Assembly: GCA_038215155.1 (NCBI GenBank)
Contig: JBBQRF010000003.1
Span: 553 to 64,552 of the forward strand
Reading direction: 5' to 3'
Source: Minisyncoccia bacterium
Lineage (GTDB): Bacteria > Patescibacteriota > Minisyncoccia > Phycocordibacterales > CAJBRS01
DNA: 64,000 bases
In this document: positions 20,911 through 30,789 of the stretch, piece after piece
Layout of the letters: each line of letters starts with the position of its first letter
Position numbering within the stretch: position 1 is the first letter of the stretch
Made by a program: the position numbers and the translations under genes
Notes under the pieces: model-generated
Databases searched by the model: none
Told to the model about the DNA's origin: nothing
What the model saw: the letters and a program-made list of their open reading frames with translations, nothing else

Positions 20911-21801
20911 ATGACATTACGAGAAATTCTCAAAAAAAATGATTTTGTGAGAAAGAGTTATTATTTTTTGATTTTATTAAAAAATTACTTTTTCAGTTTG
21001 ATTCACAAAATAAGACTATTTCTCTACTTTCCTAAAGAATCAGCCATGTTAAAGGATTTAAGAATTGAGATAAGAAAAATATTCCCTTTGAATTTAAATT
21101 TAAAAAATCATACGCGGTTTTTTCAAGGAAAGAATATTCTGGGATATCCAACTATGAGTTTTTTAATAAAAGATGGTAAGAAGGTGGGATGGGAAGAGGG
21201 GAAGATGATTATTGATGGAGCGGAAATGCACATATTACAACTTTCAGTAGATCGTGAAATTAATTTCCCTACTCTTTTTAAAAAACATAGACCGGAAGTA
21301 GTTGTGGATTTTGGAACAGCTTCAGGTGGGACGGCCGTTTTTTTCTATAATCTTGTCGAAGAATATTCAAAACCACGCATTCTTTCGATAGATATAACAG
21401 ATAAAGATTTTCAAAGTGCCAATGAATTTCATAAGAAAAATCATACTTTAGAAAAGGTAAAATTTCTTTTTAATAAGAGCTCTCTTGATTGTTTTGAGGA
21501 AGTAAAAAATTTCCTTCAAGAGGGGAGTAAAGAGGCGCGAATCTTGCTTTCTTTTGACGACCACCATACGTATGAACACACATTCCACGAACTCCAACTG
21601 TATTCTAGTTTATTAAAATCAGGAGATATAATTCTGATGCAAGATACATGGAACCAAGACCTTTATGGTCACGAGACTTCGCCGCTACTATCCGTTTACC
21701 GATTTTTAAAAGAAAATCCGGACTTTCGATTGGATGAAGATTTTAATAAGAATTTAGTGCTTCCGTGTAATTTTATCTATGGAGTTCTTATAAAAAGATA
21801 G
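20911..21801 (+). CDS. CmcI-like O-methyltransferase
   Basis: VVDFGTASGG, SIDI, DDHHTYEH...L..Y and QDT motifs. Confidence 0.75.
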   Translation: MTLREILKKNDFVRKSYYFLILLKNYFFSLIHKIRLFLYFPKESAMLKDLRIEIRKIFPLNLNLKNHTRFFQGKNILGYPTMSFLIKDGKKVGWEEGKMIIDGAEMHILQLSVDREINFPTLFKKHRPEVVVDFGTASGGTAVFFYNLVEEYSKPRILSIDITDKDFQSANEFHKKNHTLEKVKFLFNKSSLDCFEEVKNFLQEGSKEARILLSFDDHHTYEHTFHELQLYSSLLKSGDIILMQDTWNQDLYGHETSPLLSVYRFLKENPDFRLDEDFNKNLVLPCNFIYGVLIKR

Positions 21802-21805
21802 GGGA

Positions 21806-22375
21806 TTAAAGCATTTTAGATAATCCGGGAAAAGAAGGATTTATTATTTCGTAAGGCACTTTAGTTTCTGAAATTTTTTTATAATTATATTTTTTCATCC
21901 ACTCAACATTATCTCTCTCTTTAGTTCCACCCTCAAATAATACTATCGATCCATTTTCAACTTGGTCTCTCACTGCTTGATAAAGCATCTCAATAGTTTC
22001 ACCCTTATTGGAAATATCTAAATGTAATAGGTCAAACGATTCTGGATGCTTAATCCAATCAAAGAAATCCATTTCTACAAACTCTACATATTTTTCCAGG
22101 TTATATTTTTTTATATTGTCTATGGTTTGCTGTTTGGCAACATGTTTATATGGATATTTTTCCCATAAGTCGTAGGCAAAAATTTTTCCTTGCCAGCTTC
22201 CAATCTCTTTCTCGATAGTACTTAAGGCCATAGCCATAGCTATCGTAGAATATCCGTCCAGCACCCCAAAATCGATAATTTTTTTCGGCTTCTGTTTAAG
22301 TACAATATCAAAGAGGCTTCTTCCCAGATCGTTCTCTTTATAAGACGACTCTATTTTAGGATTCTGATATTCCAT
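21806..22375 (-). CDS. Class I SAM methyltransferase
   Basis: IIDFGVLDGYST, YDLW and FDLLHLD motifs. Confidence 0.75.
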   Translation of the reverse strand: MEYQNPKIESSYKENDLGRSLFDIVLKQKPKKIIDFGVLDGYSTIAMAMALSTIEKEIGSWQGKIFAYDLWEKYPYKHVAKQQTIDNIKKYNLEKYVEFVEMDFFDWIKHPESFDLLHLDISNKGETIEMLYQAVRDQVENGSIVLFEGGTKERDNVEWMKKYNYKKISETKVPYEIINPSFPGLSKML

Positions 22376-22378
22376 GCC

Positions 22379-23419
22379 TCATTTTTTTCGGTAGTATTCA
22401 TCGAGTAATGCACCAATTCTTTTTACATCTGAGACCCTTACACCATGGTGCATAGGGAAGATAAAATATTGATTCTCGATTTTGTCCATTACGGGAAAGG
22501 GCTTTCGACCGCCAAAAACCGTGTATTTGTCATTTCGATAATGATATACCCCTGTTTCTACTCCTCGTTCTTTTAAGAAAGCCATTAGATTTTGACGATC
22601 TGGAACCAGCATATGAGAAAACCAGATTGAAGGAACGGCATTAATGAGGGCATATTCTCCCATTAATTTTTTTCGATGGGCAATAAGTTTATCAATCACT
22701 GCGAGATTACCACGACCGGTAGCAGCAGTAATGTCATTCATATGGTATTTATACCCTGCCTCTATAAGATCAGTATCTCCTTTTTTTTGTTTCTCCTCTC
22801 TGTCGTAACCAAACCATCGAAGCCGGCGAGCTCTTTCATAATGTTCTTTATTTTTACAAATCAAAAATCCTCCATCGCCACTAGTCAAGGTCTTAATAGC
22901 TTGAAGGGAGACACAGGTAAAATCAGCTTTACCCCAAAAATCACTACCGACTGCTTGAGCAGCGTCTTCAATCAAGGTAATGCCTTTGGATGCGCATATC
23001 TCTAATAATTCCTTTAATCCTCTGTTGTTGCCACCGAAATGGACGAATACTACTGCCTTAGTCTTATCAGTGATTTTATTCTTAACATCTTCTACATTAA
23101 TGTTCAAATCTATATCAGTATCGGCAAACACTATCTTTACTTGGCGGGTTATTAGAGGAAGATTAGTTGCGGTACAAGTAAGTACAGGGGTAATTATTTC
23201 ATCTCCTGCCTGAAGTCCAGCTAATTCATATGCAAGGGTTAAGGCAGTGGTTCCAGAATTTAGAGCTACTACATTCTCCAGTTTAAATTTTTTACCAAAT
23301 TCTGCCTCAAATTTTTTTACCTCAGGACCTTCCGCTAGTTGATCAGAACGTAACACTCGAACAGTGTTCCAGATAGCTCTCCAGGAGACATAAGGTTTAA
23401 AGAGTTTTATTTTTCGCAT
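22379..23419 (-). CDS. DegT/DnrJ/EryC1 sugar aminotransferase
   Basis: NSGTTAL, IEDAAQA and SLQAIKTLTSGDGG (PLP lysine). Confidence 0.93.
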   Translation of the reverse strand: MRKIKLFKPYVSWRAIWNTVRVLRSDQLAEGPEVKKFEAEFGKKFKLENVVALNSGTTALTLAYELAGLQAGDEIITPVLTCTATNLPLITRQVKIVFADTDIDLNINVEDVKNKITDKTKAVVFVHFGGNNRGLKELLEICASKGITLIEDAAQAVGSDFWGKADFTCVSLQAIKTLTSGDGGFLICKNKEHYERARRLRWFGYDREEKQKKGDTDLIEAGYKYHMNDITAATGRGNLAVIDKLIAHRKKLMGEYALINAVPSIWFSHMLVPDRQNLMAFLKERGVETGVYHYRNDKYTVFGGRKPFPVMDKIENQYFIFPMHHGVRVSDVKRIGALLDEYYRKK

Positions 23420-24309
23420 AAATATTCTTTCAGACCTTCATTAAACGAATAAATAGGTTTCCATCCAAGTTCACTTATTCTTGATGCATCCATCTGATAT
23501 TTGTTATCCATACCAGACCGTTCACTCGGATGAGTCAAACATTTTTTGCCCGTAAGGGTTTCGGCCACCTGTATTAATTCTTCTACCGTGTACCCATCAT
23601 TCAAAGTAATATTATAGGTTTGGTTGCCTTTTTCCAAGATTAAGTCGATAGCCGAGGGAATATTTTTAACATAAATATATTCTCTGTATCCTGTACCACC
23701 ATTGTGCAAGGGAATAGAATAATTATCATCCAGGCTCTCTTTTATTGCTGGCATTATTTTTCGCTTGTCTTGTCTTGGTCCGAAGACATTGCAGAATCTA
23801 GTTTCGGCTGTTTTATCCCGAATCTCCTTATAAGTATTATCAAAAGCATATCTTAGAATGGAACCCGCTGCTTTTGAACAAGAATAAGGGTTTTTAGGAA
23901 AAATTATTTCATCCTCTTTCTTAGGGTGTTCGCATTCTCCATAGACCTCATCAGTAGAAACGTATATGAGTTTCTTTAAATCGGGAAGCAGGCGGCATGC
24001 TTCAAAGATATTTAGATTTCCCATAATATTTTCCTTTAAAGTCAGATAAGGATTTTTTATGGAGTAATCTACGTCAGAAATTGCAGCAGCATGTATAACA
24101 TAGTCAGGTTTCTCATCAAGTATCATCTTATTTACCCCCGGATCGGCAACGTTGAATTTGTGGTATTTAAATGAACCATCGATTATCTCTGGATGGGAAC
24201 CCGCTGATTCATTATCTATGACAATTACATCCCATCCCTTTTTTACAAAATACTCTGTAATATGAGAGAAAATAAAGCCGAGACCTCCAGTGATTATGAT
24301 TTTGGGCAT
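23407..24309 (-). CDS. NDP-sugar 4,6-dehydratase/epimerase
   Basis: ITGGLGFI, STDEVYG, NPYSCSK and NVFGP motifs; start MPKII at 24309. Confidence 0.9.
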   Translation of the reverse strand: MPKIIITGGLGFIFSHITEYFVKKGWDVIVIDNESAGSHPEIIDGSFKYHKFNVADPGVNKMILDEKPDYVIHAAAISDVDYSIKNPYLTLKENIMGNLNIFEACRLLPDLKKLIYVSTDEVYGECEHPKKEDEIIFPKNPYSCSKAAGSILRYAFDNTYKEIRDKTAETRFCNVFGPRQDKRKIMPAIKESLDDNYSIPLHNGGTGYREYIYVKNIPSAIDLILEKGNQTYNITLNDGYTVEELIQVAETLTGKKCLTHPSERSGMDNKYQMDASRISELGWKPIYSFNEGLKEYLCEK

Positions 24310-24337
24310 AAGGTAAATGGAAGTATATAATAATCCA

Positions 24338-25018
24338 ATGGAACTCGTCAAAACGGCAATTATTTTACCTACTGCCTTAGGTACTACATTACAAAATAAT
24401 AGAGAAGAGGTAGAAAAAAGAATTAATCAATATACTTCTGGGTTTTATCAGGTGTCACAGTTGTGCGAAAAGTTCTCAAAGTTCGATTTGTTTTTAGTGG
24501 ACACTACCATAGCAGATTTGAATAAACTCGATGATCGTATTCTTCAATCTCTAGATCAAATTAATTCAAAGGAACGATTATTCTCTTTTGACAACGAGGC
24601 CGGAAAGAAAAACAAAGGAGCAGGTTTGATTACGCAATGGAAAAAAGTACTACCTTATTTAGGAGATTATGAATATATTATAAGTTTTGAACCACGACAA
24701 AAGCTTATAAATTTTGAATTTTTTGAAAAATTTTTATCAAAAAAAGGTAATCATTTTCGAATTGATAGGATTCCGACAAAAAGATTAGGTTTTTTTCCTT
24801 ATACTTTGGTGGCCGTCTATACGGGCCTCTTCTCATTAAAAAGAGAATATTTGCAGAGATATTGCCAGGAAGTTTCTATTGAACGCATGCTCCGTTGGAG
24901 AATAAGTATTGAGACCGATATGTACAAATTTCTCAAAAAGAATCACATCTACATTAAGGAGCAAAGTAATCTCAACTTAATCTGGAATAATCCAGAGAAT
25001 CGGGATCTTCCTATGTAA
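24338..25018 (+). CDS. Hypothetical protein in glycan locus (possibly GT-A-like)
   Basis: Long ORF with NKGAG motif; TATAAT 6 nt before ATG 24338. Confidence 0.6.
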   Translation: MELVKTAIILPTALGTTLQNNREEVEKRINQYTSGFYQVSQLCEKFSKFDLFLVDTTIADLNKLDDRILQSLDQINSKERLFSFDNEAGKKNKGAGLITQWKKVLPYLGDYEYIISFEPRQKLINFEFFEKFLSKKGNHFRIDRIPTKRLGFFPYTLVAVYTGLFSLKREYLQRYCQEVSIERMLRWRISIETDMYKFLKKNHIYIKEQSNLNLIWNNPENRDLPM

Positions 25019-25028
25019 TTAAGTGGGC

Positions 25029-26132
25029 CTAACCCAGGGCTCTATATTGGAAAATATTTCCATAGATTGCCCTTACTTCATCAATAATTTCTGGGGATTC
25101 TTCTATTATGACTATCACTCCTCGCTTAGCTAATACCTCTGCGGTTTTAAGGATTTGAGATTCCTCGATTATCCCGGTACCTTTTTTATAAGAAACACTA
25201 GATAATATGAGAGTGTTATCCTCAATCTTGCTTTGAATATGGTCAGCGTAATGCCCGGCATGGTCTTGATTCGTAGCATCCGTAGCCCCGGGTATATGAG
25301 GTTCAATTTCCATTTTACGGCTAAAAAAACTTAAGGCGCGATTGTCGCGCGGAAAACAAGGTCCGCCATAACCATATCCCCATTTTAAATAAGAATTTCC
25401 GACCCTTGAGTCAGCGCCAATGGCGTTTAAAATAACGGTCGGGTCAGCTCCAGTTTTATAAGCAACATTTCCTATAAAATTAGCAAAAGAGATCTTAGTA
25501 GTAATGAAGCAATTCAAAGATATTTTAGTTATTTCCGCTTCGGTCGCAGTCATTAGGTGGTGAGAAGGTTCATTAAGAGTTAATTTTTCATACACCTCTT
25601 TAATTTTATTCCCTGCTTTTTCATCAGCTTGGCCAATTAACACTATATCGGGATAAAGTTGGTCGTTAACAACCGTCCCTTGGGCAATAAATTCTGGATT
25701 ATAAGAAATAAAATGACTTTTTAGGTTTAATCGTTGAGTGAGTTTTTGAGAATATCCCGGCATCACAGTAGCCCCAATAACGAAATCAATTCTACTACCG
25801 CCTTCTTTTAAAAGGGGATAAATTTGGTCAAAAAAATTATCAATCTGGGAATGATCGTAGTCGCCGGTTGCTAGTGAAGGAGTGGCCACTAAGATAAAAA
25901 CTAAACTGGCATTTAAGATCTCTTCAATTTGGTCAGTATAAGTAATATTACTAGAATTTTGTAATAGATCATTGACCCCTGCTTCTTTACTGACAAATGT
26001 CTTTTTCCGCAGGCTTTCAAGATATTCTTTTCGAATATCATAGGCAATAATATCGTAACCCGCTCTTTCTAAATTAAGAGCAAAGCAAAGGCCTAATTTT
26101 CCAATACCCACTATAGCGATAGGGGAGTTCAT
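25029..26132 (-). CDS. UDP-glucose/GDP-mannose dehydrogenase family (short C-terminus)
   Basis: GIGKLG, VATPS, YNPEF, AEITK and GYGGPCFPRD motifs. Confidence 0.9.
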   Translation of the reverse strand: MNSPIAIVGIGKLGLCFALNLERAGYDIIAYDIRKEYLESLRKKTFVSKEAGVNDLLQNSSNITYTDQIEEILNASLVFILVATPSLATGDYDHSQIDNFFDQIYPLLKEGGSRIDFVIGATVMPGYSQKLTQRLNLKSHFISYNPEFIAQGTVVNDQLYPDIVLIGQADEKAGNKIKEVYEKLTLNEPSHHLMTATEAEITKISLNCFITTKISFANFIGNVAYKTGADPTVILNAIGADSRVGNSYLKWGYGYGGPCFPRDNRALSFFSRKMEIEPHIPGATDATNQDHAGHYADHIQSKIEDNTLILSSVSYKKGTGIIEESQILKTAEVLAKRGVIVIIEESPEIIDEVRAIYGNIFQYRALG

Positions 26133-26224
26133 TTGATATATTTTAATTAATTAGTCTAACCCCAATAGTATATTTGAAATTTTATGAAATCCAAATCAGT
26201 CCAAATAACTACGCCTATACCAAG

Positions 26225-27175
26225 ATGAACCTAAAAACCCGTCTTTTTATTTTTTATATCTACGTCAAGAGAATGCGAGCCCGGCTTTCTGTTGAAGAAA
26301 AGAGGATTAAGGGCGTTAATATTAAGCCGAACATGGTCGGGGGGCCGAAAGAATCCATTAAGCAAAATCTTTTTTTACTTGGTTCTTATAGGATTAACTC
26401 ACCTTTAAGACAGCAGATATTCAGATTTACTACAAAATTAAATTTGGACGGGCTAATGGATTCTTCGCTAAATTATCGAGTGATCGATGCTTCCGATGCT
26501 CAATACACAAAAGACAATAAGGAAATTTTAGATAATTATAGATTAAATCTGGATTATCAAGTTCTAAGGCTGAATCAGCAAAAATCTATTTTAAAAATCC
26601 TAGAATCGTCCCCAGAGTCTTATTTTTGCATGGTTTATGATGACCAGCCAATTATTGGTTTAAACCAGGATTTTTTTGAAGCATGCCTCTCTCTTCTGAA
26701 AGATTTTAATGGACTAGTAACCCTAATCTTGATTGAATCCGCTCTTAAATACCAGATAAATCCTGAAAGTAAAAAAATTTATTATGATCTCGAGAGTTTA
26801 GAGTATAAAGACAAAAGATGGGAACCTCTTAGGATTGTCCATTATGGTAATTATTCTTTTGCTATTATTTTTAATTATCATTACGGTTTCTTTTTCAATA
26901 CCATTATTGCTTCCCGGCAAGAATACTCAAAAAAATTAAAATGGTATATGGATCATGTAAAAAACGATAATTCACAATACATTGAATTGGCCGGCATGAA
27001 GCGTCAAGGTCCTGTATATAATTATATAGCTGTACCTCTACAGGCCGTAATGTTCAATATTGATTGTGCTGGTACGGAAATATCAATTAGAGAACAAGAT
27101 AATGACCCTCGAATCCTATTCGATGCATTAAGTGATGGCTATCAATTTGAAGCACGACCTTTTAAAACAGAATAG
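26225..27175 (+). CDS. Hypothetical protein, possibly GT-A-like
   Basis: Long ORF with MVYDDQ; ATG at 26225 preferred over TTG at 26174. Confidence 0.55.
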   Translation: MNLKTRLFIFYIYVKRMRARLSVEEKRIKGVNIKPNMVGGPKESIKQNLFLLGSYRINSPLRQQIFRFTTKLNLDGLMDSSLNYRVIDASDAQYTKDNKEILDNYRLNLDYQVLRLNQQKSILKILESSPESYFCMVYDDQPIIGLNQDFFEACLSLLKDFNGLVTLILIESALKYQINPESKKIYYDLESLEYKDKRWEPLRIVHYGNYSFAIIFNYHYGFFFNTIIASRQEYSKKLKWYMDHVKNDNSQYIELAGMKRQGPVYNYIAVPLQAVMFNIDCAGTEISIREQDNDPRILFDALSDGYQFEARPFKTE

Positions 27176-28446
27176 AGGCGACTGCGGGTCTCCGGGAATA
27201 GCAATAAAGCAAAGACTGTAAAAAAATAAGAAATAAAAGTTGCCCAAGCCGCTCCTTTAATGCCCCACCTTGGTATCAAATATATATTTAATAAAATATT
27301 AACTATCATGGCCGAGAGAGAAGAGATAAAAATAATTCCTTGCCTTTCTTCCGCCAAAAGAAAATGTTGAGCTAAAAGAAATAGGGAAATGCTAACCCCA
27401 CTCCAGACATAAATTTGTAAAATAGGAACTGATTGAATAAATTCCCTCCCATAGAGTATTTTAATAATAAAAGGGGCGGCGAGGGTAATAATTAATCCTA
27501 CTGCCGAAGAAATGCCGAGAAGCAATAAAAACAGTTTTTTTATTCTCTGGAAATATAATAATTCGGAAACTTTTTTTGCATTCATAATTGCAGGAAATAG
27601 GGCCGTAATTATTATGGTTGGAATAAAATACCACATCTCAGCAATTCTTACGGCTGCATCATAAATTCCTACGGATGAAGTATTAAGCATATTTTTTATC
27701 ATAATTTGATCAATACGAGAATAAATAATAGCGAAGGCAGCAGAAAACATTAAAGGCCATGACTGAGAAAGCATTTTTTTGACTATATCCCACTTAACTA
27801 CTAGAGGAAAAAGAGCTCCATTAATTTTTTTGTATATCATTATAGAACCCAGTCCAATAAGGATTGGATCGAGGATGATGGCTAAGGAGATATAGATAAT
27901 GCCTTTCCCTAGGAAAATAATTAGTAACTTAAAAGCATTAATAATAAGTGAAACTAATATAGAAAGAATAGAGGGATATTTTATTTCAGCTCTTGCCTGA
28001 AAATAATAACCAATTACATTCCAGGGGGTGAATAAATACGTTAGCGAAAGTAAAAATATGAGATAAACAGAAATATCACGAGGAGAAAAGAAATAAGCTG
28101 AAACGAATACAATTAAAATAGTTATTATCCCTCCCGCAATCTTTATAAACAAAGTGGTACTTAAATAATCATCCCTTTTGTCTGGGTGATTTATTAACTC
28201 TCTAAATAATATTTGATCTAATCCTAAAGAAGCTAGAAAAGAGAATATACCAACAAAACTAACAGCATAGCTAAGCTGACCATAATTTTCCGGACCGAGC
28301 TTTCGAACTATGTAAATTACAGAAAAGAACGCGATGAAACTATTTATTGCTCGCGCTGATACCATCCAACTCATATTGGAGCCATAACGGCGAATGCCGC
28401 CATGATTTAGTAATTTTTTAATAGGATCGTAAAACATAAGGAGCAC
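27142..28446 (-). CDS. wzx: Wzx-type oligosaccharide flippase
   Basis: LGPENYG, RIDQIMI, VGIY.AA.R and LIP.WGI.GAA.AT motifs; about 12 TM segments. Confidence 0.9.
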   Translation of the reverse strand: MLLMFYDPIKKLLNHGGIRRYGSNMSWMVSARAINSFIAFFSVIYIVRKLGPENYGQLSYAVSFVGIFSFLASLGLDQILFRELINHPDKRDDYLSTTLFIKIAGGIITILIVFVSAYFFSPRDISVYLIFLLSLTYLFTPWNVIGYYFQARAEIKYPSILSILVSLIINAFKLLIIFLGKGIIYISLAIILDPILIGLGSIMIYKKINGALFPLVVKWDIVKKMLSQSWPLMFSAAFAIIYSRIDQIMIKNMLNTSSVGIYDAAVRIAEMWYFIPTIIITALFPAIMNAKKVSELLYFQRIKKLFLLLLGISSAVGLIITLAAPFIIKILYGREFIQSVPILQIYVWSGVSISLFLLAQHFLLAEERQGIIFISSLSAMIVNILLNIYLIPRWGIKGAAWATFISYFFTVFALLLFPETRSRLYSVLKGRASN

Positions 28447-28503
28447 TCATAATACCATCAATTTTCTAAGTGTAATTTTCATGTTATACTATATTTTGTA
28501 ATT

Positions 28504-30741
28504 ATGACTTTAAACAAAATTCTCCGCTATACCGCTATTTCGGCTATTTTTCTTATTCCATTTTTAGCATTAGTGGTTTCTTCCTCATTGTTTTTCCCTT
28601 ACATTACCGGGAAAAACTTTCTCTTTAGGATTCTTGTCGAGATTGGTTTTGTCTCTTGGGCTATGCTTGCTTTTCGTGACTCTGCTTATCGACCACGTTG
28701 GCGAAGCCCTATAGTTCTTGCTCTATCTATCTTCATGCTAATTGTTTTTTTAGCTGATCTTTTTGGTGTCACCTTTTACAAAAGTTTTTGGAGCAATTTT
28801 GAACGAATGGAAGGCTACATCACTTTCCTGCACCTCTTCGGTTTTTTCTTTGTAGCCAATGTCTTACTTTCCAGCACAAAACTCTGGCAGCGATTTTTTC
28901 ATCTTAATTTCGCCATCGGTATCATTTTAGGGTTTAACGGTTTACTTCAGCACTTTAAAAATGGTATCGGACGTATTGACGCGACCTTAGGAAATTCTAC
29001 TTACTTGGGAGCCCTAATGCTTTTTAATATTTTCTTTCTTTTATTTTTCTTTTTAAGAACGATTAACAATCGTCTGATTAAAAATCGGAAGTACTACTTA
29101 GCCGGCTACATTGCAGCAATTATTTTTGATACCTATATTTTGTTTTTGACTGGCACAAGAGGAGCATTTCTCGGTCTTTTGGCGGGCATTATTTTTATCG
29201 CCCTAATATTGGCCATATTTCAGAAAAAAGAAAAGGCGCTAAGAATGACGGGCATTGGCCTCCTTACTCTTGTAGTCCTTGGAGTAGGCTTCCTTTTAGT
29301 TTTTCGGGATAACAACATAGTTAAAAATACTTTTATTGGACGCTTTGCAGCGCCCGTTAACGCCATCTTTACTGGCAACATTCAGAAATTTACTGAAACT
29401 GAAGGAAAGGGAAGATTGCTTATATGGGGAGCGGCAATCAATGGGGTGAAAGAACGGCCCGTTTTAGGATGGGGACAAGAAAACTTTAATTATATTTTCA
29501 ATAAATACTATACGCCCCAAATGTATAGTCAGGAACAATGGTTTGATAGAAGTCACAACGTTTTTCTTGACTGGCTAACTCAAGCCGGTGTTCTAGGATT
29601 GCTATCGTATCTTTCCATTTTCGGCGTGCTTCTTTACGGTATATGGAAGAAAAGAAATAATGATTTTTCACTTGAAGATAAAGCTATACTTACCGGCTTA
29701 ATCATTGCCTATTTTATCCACAATCTTTTTGTTTTCGATAATATTACGAGCTATATTTTCTTCTTCAGTCTTTTGGCTTATGTTAATCGACGTCAATTTG
29801 AATCCGTAGAGGGGGAGAGGAAGATCTGGAATATTAATCCCGATATTGCTAATTTTGCTCTGACTCCTTTAGTAGGAATAGTAGTCATTGCGGCACTTTA
29901 TTTCGGAGTGGTTCGTCCTTATATTGCTTCTGCTTCACTAATCCAGGCCCTGGTGGATGAACAATCTGGAAATGTAGCTGCGACCACGGCTGATTTTAAA
30001 AGAGCCTTATTTCCATTTAATTTAGGATCACCAGAGGCGAGAGAGCAGTTACTCCTTTTAGTTCCAGCAGTAGGGAGCTCGCCTAATATTGATGCCGCTA
30101 CAAAACAAAGTGTAATTTCCTTTGCCGAGTCTCAAGCAGAAGATCAGTTAAGAAGAACTCCGAACGATGCTCGATACCATCTTTTCTATGGCTATGCCCT
30201 CGATCATTTAGGTAGCCCTCAAGACCTTGTCAAGGCAGAAAGTTATTTGGAAAAAGCTAGTGCACTTTCGCCGGGCAAACAAACTATCCTTTTTGAACTA
30301 GGTCTAAATCACTTAGCACAAAATGATAATGCTGGTGCTCTTACTATTTTGAAACGCGCTTACGACACGGAGCCACGCTATGATGAAGCCCGAATTACTT
30401 ATATTATGGCTTTAATTTACACCACTCACTTCGGCGAAGCCGCCTCACTTCTTCAAGGTGCCGACGCCACTGTATTAAATGATGATCGGATTTTGAAAGC
30501 CTATTATGTGACTAAACAATTTCAAAGTGCAATTGATGTCTATCATGCTCGGGAAGCAGCCAGTTCGACCAATGTTCAAAATTATCTCGGAGCGGCTGGA
30601 TTTTATTTAGTAATTAAAAACCCTGATGCTGCTCTTGCTGAGTTGATCAAATTAGAAGCAATATCTCCTGAATACAAGAGTCAGATTGATGGCTTCATTA
30701 AGCAAATTAAAGAAGGGAAGAATCCACTACCAATTCGGTAA
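28504..30741 (+). CDS. O-antigen ligase/O-oligosaccharyltransferase-like protein (Wzy_C) with TPR-like tail
   Basis: TLGN..Y, TGTRGA, R..IW, P.LGWG.ENF and DRSHN.FLD motifs; helical C-terminus. Confidence 0.88.
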   Translation: MTLNKILRYTAISAIFLIPFLALVVSSSLFFPYITGKNFLFRILVEIGFVSWAMLAFRDSAYRPRWRSPIVLALSIFMLIVFLADLFGVTFYKSFWSNFERMEGYITFLHLFGFFFVANVLLSSTKLWQRFFHLNFAIGIILGFNGLLQHFKNGIGRIDATLGNSTYLGALMLFNIFFLLFFFLRTINNRLIKNRKYYLAGYIAAIIFDTYILFLTGTRGAFLGLLAGIIFIALILAIFQKKEKALRMTGIGLLTLVVLGVGFLLVFRDNNIVKNTFIGRFAAPVNAIFTGNIQKFTETEGKGRLLIWGAAINGVKERPVLGWGQENFNYIFNKYYTPQMYSQEQWFDRSHNVFLDWLTQAGVLGLLSYLSIFGVLLYGIWKKRNNDFSLEDKAILTGLIIAYFIHNLFVFDNITSYIFFFSLLAYVNRRQFESVEGERKIWNINPDIANFALTPLVGIVVIAALYFGVVRPYIASASLIQALVDEQSGNVAATTADFKRALFPFNLGSPEAREQLLLLVPAVGSSPNIDAATKQSVISFAESQAEDQLRRTPNDARYHLFYGYALDHLGSPQDLVKAESYLEKASALSPGKQTILFELGLNHLAQNDNAGALTILKRAYDTEPRYDEARITYIMALIYTTHFGEAASLLQGADATVLNDDRILKAYYVTKQFQSAIDVYHAREAASSTNVQNYLGAAGFYLVIKNPDAALAELIKLEAISPEYKSQIDGFIKQIKEGKNPLPIR

Positions 30742-30789
30742 TAAGGGTTAATATCTAAAAACAGAACTAGCGACTCTAAAGAAAGGCAC

